From: Chiloscyllium plagiosum
Taxonomy: Eukaryota
Assembly (NCBI RefSeq): GCF_004010195.1
Contig: NC_057754.1
Coordinates: 2,051,139-2,071,138, forward strand
Reading direction: 5' to 3'
DNA length: 20,000 nucleotides
Below the pieces are notes generated by a model. It was not told the origin of the DNA. It saw nothing but the letters and a program-made list of their open reading frames with translations, and searched no databases. The position numbers were made by a program, and so were the translations under genes. Each line of letters opens with the position of its first letter. Within the stretch, counting starts at the first letter, position 1. This document shows, piece after piece, positions 1 through 9,309 of the stretch.

Positions 1-383
1 AACTCACCTAGGATCTTACTGAAGTCATCGTATAGTGTGGTCGCGAGAGGACTCGGGCAGTGGGTGGTGCCAGAGAATAACAGTACACACCAGGGAGCAG
101 GCCAAGAGCAGTGATTATGATGGGATTGAGGCCACAGCTGATGGCTGAAGATGGAAGTACTCAGCAAGGTAATTACAAACATTGTCATAGAGAGCAGTCA
201 CAAGGGAACTCGGGTTGTAGTGATGCCAGGGGAAGAACAGTATGCTAACACAATTGGTGAGGGAATGACCACACAGAGAACACAATCCACCAAGGGGACT
301 CGGGCTGCAAACAGCTAATAGACTCAACTGGTGGGAAAAATTCCTGCTGGTGGGAAAACAAAGTGGTAGACGAATTTTGAGAA

Positions 384-1340
384 ATGGGACAATTTGATGA
401 AGAGACAGTGTTGCAAGCAGTACACTGAACATTTTTGTGCATGACTAGATTAGATTAGATTCCCTACAGTGTGGAAACAGACCCTTTGGCCCAACAAGTC
501 CACACTGACCCTCCGAGGAGTAACCCACCCAGACCCATTTCCCCTGACTAATGCACCTAACACTACGGTCAATTTAGAATGGCCAATTCACCTGACCTGC
601 ACATCTTTGGACTGTGGGAGGAAACCGGAGCACCCGGAGGAAACCCACGCAGACATGGAGAGAACGTGCAAACTCCACACAGGCTGGAATCGAACCTGGG
701 TCCCTGTTGCTGTGAGAAAGCAGTGCTAACCACTGAGCCACCGAGCGCCCACGGTGGCTAAAAACATACCGATACCGGTTTTCTTGAGTACTGTTGGGAG
801 CAATCCCTCCATGATTCTAAGGTGTCTGGTGCAACCAGAGAAACTTACAGAAGACATAGCAAGAACTATATGAATTGTTGGGGAGTTATTTTGCACCGAA
901 GTCATGGATGATCACAATGATTCTGTTTTTAATAATGGTTACAGCACAAAGGAGAGTCTATCACCCAATTTGTGGCCAGGTTAGCGGAACATTGAAAATT
1001 TAAAGGGTTTCTCTAAGATGCTTTGTGAGACCATTTGATTAGTGGCTTCTGATATGAAGCCACTAACAAAGAGAGACCTGGATTTCAAGGCAGTTTTCGA
1101 AATTGCTACCTTGATGGTGTTGACCGCCAGCAAACCTTCACAAACCTTGCGAAAGCAACTCAGTTGAGTGACAACTCCTGGGTGCATTAAATAGCGGAAT
1201 CTCAGTGGAGTGCAGTTCCTGACTGTAGAATGCCTCTTATATGGCAAGAGTGGACACAAGGAGTCAATATGGTGGGCTCGGGAAGCTCATTGCCACAGGT
1301 ATAAGCGACCATATTGCTCGAGATTGCCGAGTAAACTCAA
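384..1340 (+). pseudogene. Gypsy gag remnant, interrupted by a SINE at 446-750, with two decayed CCHC knuckles
   Basis: 'MGQFDEET..QYTEHF' lies before the SINE. 'VAKNIPIPVFLSTVG' and 'GESITQFVARLAEH*KF..L*DAL*DHLISG' lie after it, followed by knuckle-like 'ECLLYGKSGH' and 'CHR...HIARDCR'. Many stops and frameshifts. Confidence 0.75.
446..750 (-). mobile_element. tRNA-derived V-SINE (HE1-like), full length
   Basis: The minus strand begins GGGCGCTCGGTGGCTCAGTGGTTAGCACTG (A box) and GGTTCGATTCC (B box). It continues into a V-domain (TGTGTGGAGTTTGCACGTTCTC...GGGTTTCCTCCGGGTGCTCCGGTTTCCTCCCACAGTCCAAAGATGTGCAGG), a CR1/HER1-type 3' tail and a terminal (AATCT)n repeat. Confidence 0.92.
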
Positions 1341-2580
1341 CTAAAAGAAGGGATGTTTAAAGGACACAATTCAGGAGACAATACATAAGGTTCATATCAC
1401 CAGCCAGGAGAGGACTGGGAGTCAGCCGGGTCTGTGGGAGAAGCAGAAGGCCACAAATCTGTTGGGTTTGGTTCAATATTCTATCAGTATGGGATGAGGC
1501 TGATTGTTTCTGGGTTCTTCCCAAATCAGAGGGTAAGAGCATAAAGGTGGAAGTGGATATTTGTGGAGCAGTGTCTCTGTCTCCCAAATCAATATATAGG
1601 GAATAGTTAAAGGCACTGCCTTTGAAGGCTACCAAGATTACACGACTGATAATCAATGAACAAGTGATGCCACTGAAGGGCTATGTACTGGTAAAAGTAC
1701 AGGGTGGGACTAGAGTGCTAAACTACCTCTGTACATAGTGAAAGGTGACTACTCTGCATTATTCAGACTCTCCTGGTTACAGAAATTAAAGTTTAAATTG
1801 GTGCATAACTAATTGGCTGGCGGACTCAAAAATGAGTTTGCATGTGATTTTGGACAGTATAAAGATGTCTTCATGGAAACTCAGTGGAAATGAATGGTGT
1901 AGAAATTAAACTCGGTTTGAAGCAAGAGTTTTGTCCAGAGAGTCTGAAGATGTATCCAGTACTTCACGCCAACTGGCCTCAAATGGAGGCGAAACTGGAA
2001 TGACTGTTGAACCTGGGAGCGCTGGAACCAGTAACCATCAGTTAATGGGCCATTCCAGTTGTCCCTGTCTTAAAACCAGAAGGCACAGTGAGGATTTGTG
2101 GTTACTTTATGGTCATAGTCAACCCAGTCCTTGGTGCAGATCAATATCTACATCGTGAGGACCTGTTCATTGGACTAGCTGGGGGAAGGCAATTCTCAAA
2201 AATGGATCCGTCACAGGCCTACTTGCAGATGGGGGTCATGAAGGACTCCCAGCCACCGCTGACGAAAGTAACACAGTGGATTATTCCACTACAAGAGTTT
2301 GCCCTTTAGCATTGTGTCAGCACCATGTCTATACCAGAGAGCCTTGGATCAAAATTTGAGTGGATTGCTGGGTGTCCATTATTATCGGGATGAAATTTTG
2401 GCTCCTCTGAAGATGGTTACAGGAACACAGCCTAAACGTGAAAAGACTCCATAGAGTACCTGGGCCACGTAATAGATGGTGAGGGACTACACAAGGTGCC
2501 AAGAAGATAGAGGCTACCATGAAAGCCCTTAGACCAGAGAATGTGTCAACTGAGTCATGTAATTGGGACATGTAAATTAC

Positions 2581-3092
2581 TACAGTTCATGTCATCTTGC
2601 TATAGGAAGGGCATTATTAAATTGGAAAGGGTGCAGAAAAGATATACAAGGATGTTATTAGGACTAGAGAGTTTTAGGTGTAAGGAGAGGCTGAATAAGC
2701 TGAGGCTATTTTACTGGAGTGTCAGAGTCTGGGGGTGACAATGGAGGTTTATAAAATTATGAGAAGCATAGATAAGTTGAATAGCAAAGAGGTTTTTCTA
2801 GTGTAGGGGAGTTCAAAACTAGAGGGCATAGGTTTTAGGTGAGAGGGGAAAGATTTAAAAGGGACCTGAGGGATAACTTCTTCACACAGAATGGTGCGTC
2901 TTTGGAATGATCTGCTTGAGGAAGTACAGATAGAGTTATCACTTTTAAAAGACATTTGGGAAGGTACATAAAAGGTTTAGAGGGATATGGGCCAAATACA
3001 GTCAAATGGGGCTAGTTTAGTTTGAGAAACCTGGTTATTATAAAGGAGTTGGGTTTCAGGGTCTATTTCTGTGTTGTGACTCTATGATTGTA
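2581..3092 (+). mobile_element. 5'-truncated CR1 LINE 3' fragment inserted into the Gypsy RT/RNase H connection
   Basis: It encodes 'CYRKGIIKLERVQKRYTRMLLGLE', 'KTRGHRF.VRGERFK' and 'FFTQ', and ends in a CR1 tail with a (TCTATGA)-like repeat at ~3078-3092. Gypsy sequence 'VNYY' precedes it and 'YVPD' follows. Confidence 0.9.
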
Positions 3093-4134
3093 TGTATGTG
3101 CCTGATGTGGCTTACCGGGAGGTGAAGGAAGCTTTAAAAATGTCAGAAGTGTAAACACGTTTTGACCCAAGCTAACTAGTGCGATGTCTTGCCTTATAGA
3201 GGGTTGGCGCTGAACTGTCACAATGGAGTGGAAATGACTATTGCATTCCCATTGAGATCACTAATGAAGATGGAGGAGAAGTATGCCCAAGTGGAAACCT
3301 CCATTTTTGATCTGTATATGGGAATACTGACAGAGGCAGCAACATGCCTGTAGAGATAGGCACTGGCTCCATCAGCCTACTTGTATGAAATCAGATATTG
3401 ACAGTCAGAGAAGCACAGCAATACAGATGGTTTGTCAAGGTTACCACTACCAGGAATTAAGGAGGTACTTTTCCCTGGAAGACAAGGCACTCGTGTCAGT
3501 GAGTCAGGTGCAGAATGCTACCCGGAATGATCCAATCTCATGGACTCAGTCCTGAGAGGAAGGACTTTTCATAGAAACTGCCCAGAGTTACACCTTTACC
3601 TGTCCAAGAGGTGGGAATTGTCCACATCAGTGTTTAATGTGGGGATTGAAGGTTATATCCATTCACCATGAAGAAGATGATGCTGGAACATGTGCACCAA
3701 AGGCACCCTGGTATGGTGCAAATGACAGAAGTAGCCAGGAGCACCATTTGATGGCCGAATGTGAATGTTTGAGGAAAAAGAAGGGTCATGTGAATCCTGT
3801 GTACTAGTAAGGAAGGTGCTGCCATTGTTGACCCTTCACCCATGGGAGTGGCCTCAATCACTGTGCCAGCAGATTTATGTTGATTTCGCAGCAGCAGTAG
3901 AGGGAGGGGTGTTCCTAGCTGTTGTGGATGGCCACTCCAGGTAACCCAAGCTGGCTGTCATGAAGCCACTATCATCAGCAGCAACGATAGACTGACCAGG
4001 TGAAAGATTTGCCAGATTCAGGAACCTCAAACAAACGTGACCAACAATGGTCCACACGTTATGGTGCAAGAATTCAGGGAGTAGCTGGAAAATCACAGAG
4101 GCGTCATGTGAGATTGGCTGTGTATCACTTTGTG

Positions 4135-4344
4135 GAGAAAGTGAGGTCTGCAGATGCTGGAGATCAGAGCTGGAAATGTGTTGCTGGAAAAGCGCAGCAG
4201 GTCAGGCAGCATCCAAGGAGCAGGAGAATCGACGTTTCGGGCATAAGCCCTTCCTGAAGAAGGGCTTATGCCCGAAACGTCGATTCTCCTGCTCCTTGGA
4301 TGCTGCCTGACCTGCTGCGCTTTTCCAGCAACACATTTCCAGCT
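4135..4344. mobile_element. Short non-coding Penelope-type palindromic insertion (family A, copy 1) carrying an HHR motif
   Basis: Perfect 86-bp inverted repeat (4168-4253 / 4259-4344) with a 33-nt unpaired tail (4135-4167). Flanked by the direct repeat GCTGTGTATCACTTTGTG (4117-4134 / 4342-4359). Removing it restores the integrase frame. Confidence 0.9.
4251..4285 (+). ncRNA. Minimal type I hammerhead ribozyme motif (family A)
   Basis: CTGAAGA (4254-4260), A, stem II GGGC-TTAT-GCCC, GAAA (4274-4277), CGTC (GUC cleavage triplet). This matches the minimal PLE-associated HHR architecture. Stem I is short or truncated. Confidence 0.75.
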
Positions 4345-5166
4345 GTGTATCACTTTGTGACAAACAGCCAGGCGGAGAGATTTACACAAAGCTTCATGTC
4401 GGCCTTAAAGGCCTCACTAGGGGAGGGTTCACTAGATCAGCAACTCAACAAATTCCTCAGTATGTACCACATGCGACAACCCAGTGCACGCCACCGTCAC
4501 TTATGTTCAACTGCCAGCTGAGGGCGATGTTTGATGCAACTGGAAAAGGCCAGAGAGATGGTAAAGTGGAATCAAGAAGGACAGTTGACCAGAAGCGCAG
4601 GAACCTCACTGTCCAGAGTCTTTTAAAGAGGTGAGACTGTATTAGTCTGGAATTATACTTTTGTGGAAAAGTGGATCCCAGCAATAGTGGTGGCTCAAAC
4701 ATGACCGTTGTCATTTTCACTAGAGACGAGGGATGAACTGGCCTGGAAGAAACAAACAGACCAGCTGGCTTCTGCACCTCACCAAGGTGGGGAACATCCC
4801 TCAGAATAGATGGAACCAATGGTGTCGACCAAGTCATGTGTCTCCAAGCCAGAGTTGGCTGCATCCAGGGAGGAGACAATAGCATCACAGGGGAACAACA
4901 CCAAATCAGAGAGGGACATACCTGCAACATACCAAGAGCTTCCAGAAGCCCAGGAGTGTGTACTTAGAAAAGGTTCCTGAGAAGAGGCAACAGTCTTTGA
5001 GGAATCGCTATTCCCATGAGAGACTGACCATGTCTGTAAACTGTGGAAGGATTGTTTTCTTTTTTCATTTTTTTTGTGAATATTCCTGATGTATATATGT
5101 TCGCTGCAATGTTCATATAATAGTTATGATTGTTGGGTGTATAATCAGTAAAAGGGTTAATGGAAA

Positions 5167-5180
5167 TAAAGGGAGAGGGG
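5167..5180 (+). promoter_or_regulatory. Polypurine tract of the Gypsy element
   Basis: AAAAGGGAGAGGGG-type purine run immediately 5' of TGTTATGTAT. Confidence 0.8.
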
Positions 5181-5365
5181 TGTTATGTATGTAGTTGTGT
5201 GGTATTGCCCCTTTTAGAGAGTGGGTCAGCTGACGACACAAGAACTAGGGGAAGGATGGACTGTGGAGCTGAGGGGACACATAATAAAATATTCCTTGTT
5301 CAAAGTATTACCCATTATCCTCCTCATGTTCTATTTCCGGTTGTAGTGAGCAGCAAACACAATAT
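5181..5365 (+). repeat. Gypsy 3' LTR (right end approximate)
   Basis: Starts with TG directly after the PPT and contains AATAAA at ~5283. The right boundary near ...CAAACACAATA is inferred because the 5' LTR is not in the window. Confidence 0.65.
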
Positions 5366-5571
5366 AGGTCTATCAATGGAAAATTAGCTGAGCGTGAATG
5401 AGTACCCCACAAAGAAGAGAGCTTGTTCTCCTGGCATCATCCAGCATCTTTCCTTTAATCAAGACTAAACCAACACCAAGACAAGGAGTTAAATTATTCT
5501 TCTCTGTTGTTGCTTGTTGTGTTTGACTGTATGTTAAATAGTTGTTTTTGCCATTCAGCCATTGTTTCATA

Positions 5572-6045
5572 GGAGTAGATGGTGTAGTGGTCATGCCAAT
5601 GAACTGTAATCCAGATGTTGTGATTCATGGTCTGGGGAAATGGGTTCAGATCCCACCACAGCAGCTGGTGGACTATTACTCAATTAATCCATGTCGCACA
5701 GTTTCAATAACGCTGACCATAAAATCATTACTGGCTGTTGCAGAACCCCATCTCTTTTAGGGAGGAAAATTTGTCTTCCTTAACCAGACTGGCCTACATG
5801 TGACTGCCGGCTCACCACAATGTGGTCGACTCTTACCTGGCATATGAAAATGGCTATGCCACTCACTCAGTTCAAGGGTAATTAGGAATGGAGAAAAATT
5901 GCTGGCCTTGCCATTGAAGCACTCATCCCAAAATATTTTTAAAATGCCCTCAGAAATAGCTGAGCAAGCAACTCCGTTTAAGAGCAATTATGGATGGGGG
6001 AAAAATGCCAACTTTGACAGTGACTACTATATTCCACGAAGTAAC
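5572..6045 (+). mobile_element. tRNA-derived SINE (same family as 11560-11907) followed by a second copy of its 3' tail
   Basis: A-box-like TGGTGTAGTGG and B-box GGGTTCAGATCCC are present. The body (GGCCTACATGTGACT...CAATGTGGTCGACTCTTA) matches the reverse complement of 11650-11700. The tail motif AAATGGC..CACTCAGTTCAAGGGTAATTAGG recurs at ~5942-6040. Confidence 0.75.
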
Positions 6046-6714
6046 AAAGAACAAGTGATTTGGTCATTATAAGTAGTGTGGAATGTAAGATGAGACTTTT
6101 TGACTATGTCATAGTAATTTCTTTCCCCAATATCAGAGGATCTCAAAGTCTCGAGGAGCGCATTTATATCAGTGGTGTACCTTGATGTACACTAGGCATA
6201 GTATAATGACATCTTAGCTTCACTCATCTTTCACTGTGAGGACAAATACTTCTTTAGTGCCCCTGGAAACTCAACAAAATCAGTGTCAGGCACCTCTGCA
6301 GCAGGGCCTGTAAAAGAAAAATGATTGCCTTCCCTCCCTCCTCATTCTCTTCAAAGGTGTAATTTCTCAGGAAATTTTGAGCAGCACATCTCAAAGTCAA
6401 GGTACAGATGCAAGCCAGTAAAAAGGCAAATTTCCTGATGCCAGTAAGTTCTTCACAGAACAATCAAAGTATAAAAGGGAGGCATAAAATCCTGATAATT
6501 GAAGATACAGCTGGTGGGGTTTGGGGATTATCAATGAATGGTTGAATGAGGATGGATTAAATTACTTTCTTCATTCATATGTATCACATTAATAGGCTGG
6601 ACATGACTCAGTAACAATTTCAATATTGGGATTTGAAGAGGAGCTAGAATAACTTCAGAAAGTAACTGAAGGAAATCTATCTTATTCACTGAGTTATGTG
6701 AGGTGGAAGAGAAA

Positions 6715-7195
6715 CGTTCATATTTTAACTCATAGCAAGTCCTGTTATCTTGTCACTCCCATGTTTGCTTCCCATACTGGCTCCCGGTCAAGCAATATCT
6801 TGATTTTAAAAATTTTATTTCAAGTCACTCCATGGCTTCGCCGCTCAATGTACAGATCCATGATACTTGAAAGTTATCAGAGTCTAGATGAGAGTGGTGC
6901 TGGAAAAGCACAGCAGGTCAGGCAGCATCCGAGGAGCAGGAAAATCGACATTTCGGACAAAAGCCCTTTTGTCAGGAATGGAGGCAGGGTATCTCCACAA
7001 CTCCCTGCCTCCATTCCTGATGAAGGGCTTTTGCTCAAAACATCGATTTTCCTGCTCTTTGGATGCTGCCTGACCTGCTTGCTTTTCCAGCACCACTCTA
7101 ATCTAGACTCTGGTTTCCAGCATCTGCAGTCCTCACTTTTGCCACTGGAAAGTTATCAGCCTAAGACTCCTCTGTCCCATCCAGTAGTTCGATTC
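6715..7195 (+). mobile_element. Old L2-type LINE ORF2 C-terminal fragment, interrupted by family A copy 2
   Basis: Translation with frameshifts gives 'LTHSKS..VTPMFA.HWLPVKQ..DFKIL..KSLHG.A', which resembles the L2 'ITPVL..LHWLPV..RI.FKIL...KSLHGLAP' motif. Confidence 0.6.
6881..7143. mobile_element. Short non-coding Penelope-type palindromic insertion (family A, copy 2; older, opposite orientation)
   Basis: Imperfect inverted repeat (~6878-6989 / 7003-7112) with a 13-nt spacer and a 31-nt unpaired tail (7113-7143). TSD ACTTGAAAGTTATCAG (6865-6880) / ACTGGAAAGTTATCAG (7144-7159). The HHR core CTGATGA is at 7017-7023, with GAAA decayed to AAAA. Confidence 0.88.
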
Positions 7196-7249
7196 AATTA
7201 AGTCACGAGGTAACAAATGGTTTGGTGACTGTTGGAATGTGGATTACAG

Positions 7250-8610
7250 AAGCAGAACATCAGATTAACATAAAGTATGTTAATCTTTACACCACTGCAT
7301 TGAGCAACACCATTACCCAATGGACTTGTCCAAAGTGGCTCACCCATTGGTCCAAAAATAAGGCTGAGGCTATCATACTGATGGCATCATACTTGTGCTA
7401 AGAGGACAGCTTGGACCAGTCACCTTCAATAAACCAAAATGGATTTGTAAGCTGGATCATTGATCGTAGAACATATCTGAGAGGAGTACACCAATGTGTT
7501 TATAGGATGAAGTCTTTGTGGAGGATATCATCTCAAAGTCGCTGAGTGTAAGTTCCAATTCAGTATCTGCTGAGGCAAGTTCCAGCTGCCCTCAATGACA
7601 CACAAGATTAAAACAGAGTAACCAAGAGGGTGACAATTCCTGCAGAATGGGTTAGTAGCATGGTAATAGTGAAAAAAAAGCTGAGAAGCTGAGTATTTGC
7701 ATCAAGCTAAAGGATCTGAATAAAGCTGACTGGGAGCTCACTACCATTGAAAGCATTTTGCATCAATTTACAAAAACAAATATCTTCACTACCCTGGATA
7801 CAAAGAATAATTCCTGGCAAGTGAAGCTGGTTGAAAGCAGCAGCTCACATATGTAAAAGCAAGGCAGCAATTTCCTGGTTTCTTCAACTGTCAATTTATA
7901 GCCAAGGATATGCCGAGTACTGGGGCATGGGCAGCAAGCAGCGATCGCTAAAATCAAGCAACTAGTGACAGTAACTCAGGTGCTGAAATATCTCACAAAT
8001 GATCAAATCACAGTGCACAGTGATGTCAGTGACTCAGGATGCTGAGCAACCCTCATATTGCAAGGACAACCAACTGCATTTGTATCCAGGGCGTGAACAA
8101 TCTGAATAATGCTATATTTGAATCAAGAAAGAATGCTTGGCTATTGTTTTTGCTTTTGAACATATTCATCAGTACCTACTTGAAAGAGACATAATGACAG
8201 TTGAGACATAATGCCATCACTACACTACTGTCTACTCCAAAGCATCTTACTCAGTTACAGCACCAGCGAAGAAATTTGCCACTTCATAAAGGATTGGGGA
8301 ATTCAACATCATACATCATCTCCACACTCACTGCTGTCAAATAGAAAGGCTGAGGTGGCAGAGAAAATTTCAAAACAATCATAAAAAAATAAAGCAAATC
8401 CATCACAGGTGGAGAAGCATGCCTACTGCCTGCTGTATCCAAACTACTTTTTCAACAGCCAAAAAGCTCCTGATGGTAGAAGGTGAGATGGCAGAGAGCC
8501 AGACTTCATTTTAACAGGACTACCAAACTATTGCCAGACTTGAGTGTTGGAAAGTCAGTCAAGGTGCCAATTTTCAATTCTCCAAACAGCCAAGAGAACC
8601 TGCACAGTTA
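7250..8610 (+). mobile_element. Second, distinct Gypsy pol remnant with large internal deletions
   Basis: RT 'PAEWVSSMVIVKK', 'KLSICIKLKDLNKA' and 'IFTTLDTKNNSWQVKL'; RNase H 'ITVHSDVSDSG..ATL..QGQPTAFVSRA' and 'KECLAIVFAFEHIHQYL..R..MTVET'; integrase 'FIKDWGIQHHTSSPHSLLSNRKAEVAEKI'. Boundaries are approximate. Confidence 0.82.
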
Positions 8611-8946
8611 CTGCCTTTGCTGTTTTGAATTCATGTATCGCTGGACATCAGAGTGCGTCGGGGAAAACTAATAGACAGTGAAATTCACAACTAACCTTGG
8701 AGGAACCTGTTTGGGTGAAGTTCACAGCCCAGAAGCAGATAAGTTAATCGTTGTTTTAAGTGTGTCCAACAGAGAGGCTGCTGTAGTGAGTAGAGCGGGT
8801 TTTTTCTTGATTATATGTTTTTGGAGATATGTCTCTTGATTAAACTTAAAATATAAGCCATAACTGTTAATTTAACCTGGGGCAGTGTTTTGTAGAGGAA
8901 TAAGACGGTGTTATTTTCTGTGTCTGTAGATTGTGAAGGAGCAAAA

Positions 8947-9308
8947 GTGGCCTTTAGTAGAGTGATATGTACTTCTTGTCAGATGTGGGAGTTTAAAGAG
9001 AGTTTAAGGGTTACTGCAGATTATATCAGCCATAAATGCAGTTGGATACGAATCTTATCAGATCGAGTGGATCGGTTGGAGAGACACTTAGAAGCAATGA
9101 GGAATTTGCAACAGCAACAGTATGTGATGGATGGCAGTTATATGAAGGGGGGGGAAAGTCTCAAATACAGTCACATAGATGGGTTAACTCCAGGAAAGGT
9201 AAGAGAGGTAGGCAGCTAGTGCAGGAGTCTTTTGTGGATGTGCCCATTTCAAACAGGTATGCTGTTTTGGAAAATGTAGGGGTGATGGATTCTCAGGGGA
9301 ACGTAGCA
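8947..9308 (+). pseudogene. CR1 ORF1 N-terminal remnant (Cys-rich zinc finger plus leucine zipper)
   Basis: 'RVICTSCQMWEF...DYISHKCSWIRILSDRVDRLERHLEAMR' followed by 'VPISNRYAVLENV' after a frameshift, which is typical of CR1 ORF1p. Confidence 0.8.
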
Positions 9309-9309
9309 C

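Larger units (their letters stand above)
1500..4780 (+). pseudogene. Gypsy pol remnant (protease, RT, RNase H, integrase)
   Basis: ORF 2088-2309 gives RT motifs, ORF 4300-4521 gives the integrase 'YHFVTNSQAERF', and the C-terminal 'GETVLVWNY...KWIPAIVVAQT*PLS' is at ~4630-4713. Multiple stops and frameshifts. Confidence 0.88.
1..5365 (+). mobile_element. Degenerate Ty3/Gypsy LTR retrotransposon (5' UTR-gag-pro-RT-RNaseH-IN-3' LTR); 5' LTR/PBS lie upstream of the window
   Basis: Decayed motifs occur in Gypsy order: gag 'VFLSTVG' (~778) and 'GESITQFVARLAEH' (~951); two Zn knuckles (~1228-1330); protease 'VEVDICGAVSL' (~1547); RT 'WAIPVVPVLKPEGTVRICG', 'DLFIGLAGGRQFSKMD..QAYLQM' and YLDD-like 'YYRDEIL' (2046-2400); RNase H 'AFPLRSL..EEKYAQVE' and 'HSNTDGLSRLP' (3180-3450); integrase 'HQRHPGM', 'YVDFA' and 'YHFVTNSQAERFTQSF' (3690-4410). 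A PPT and a TG-starting LTR follow at 5181. Confidence 0.9.

Noticed and set aside
680..750. tRNA gene
   Set aside because: The A/B boxes belong to a SINE head that runs directly into the V-domain and a LINE-derived tail. There is no complete cloverleaf.
436..760. TSD around the V-SINE
   Set aside because: No convincing flanking direct repeat longer than 2 bp.
4135..4344. Classical DNA-transposon MITE or rho-independent terminator
   Set aside because: The termini are asymmetric (one-sided tail), TSD length varies between copies, an HHR core is present, and the context is eukaryotic.
4000..4521. Overlapping ORFs sharing peptides such as 'AGKAQQVRQHPRSRRIDVSG' on both strands, also at 6698-7201
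   Set aside because: These are artefacts of translating the palindromic family A element and do not represent a protein family.
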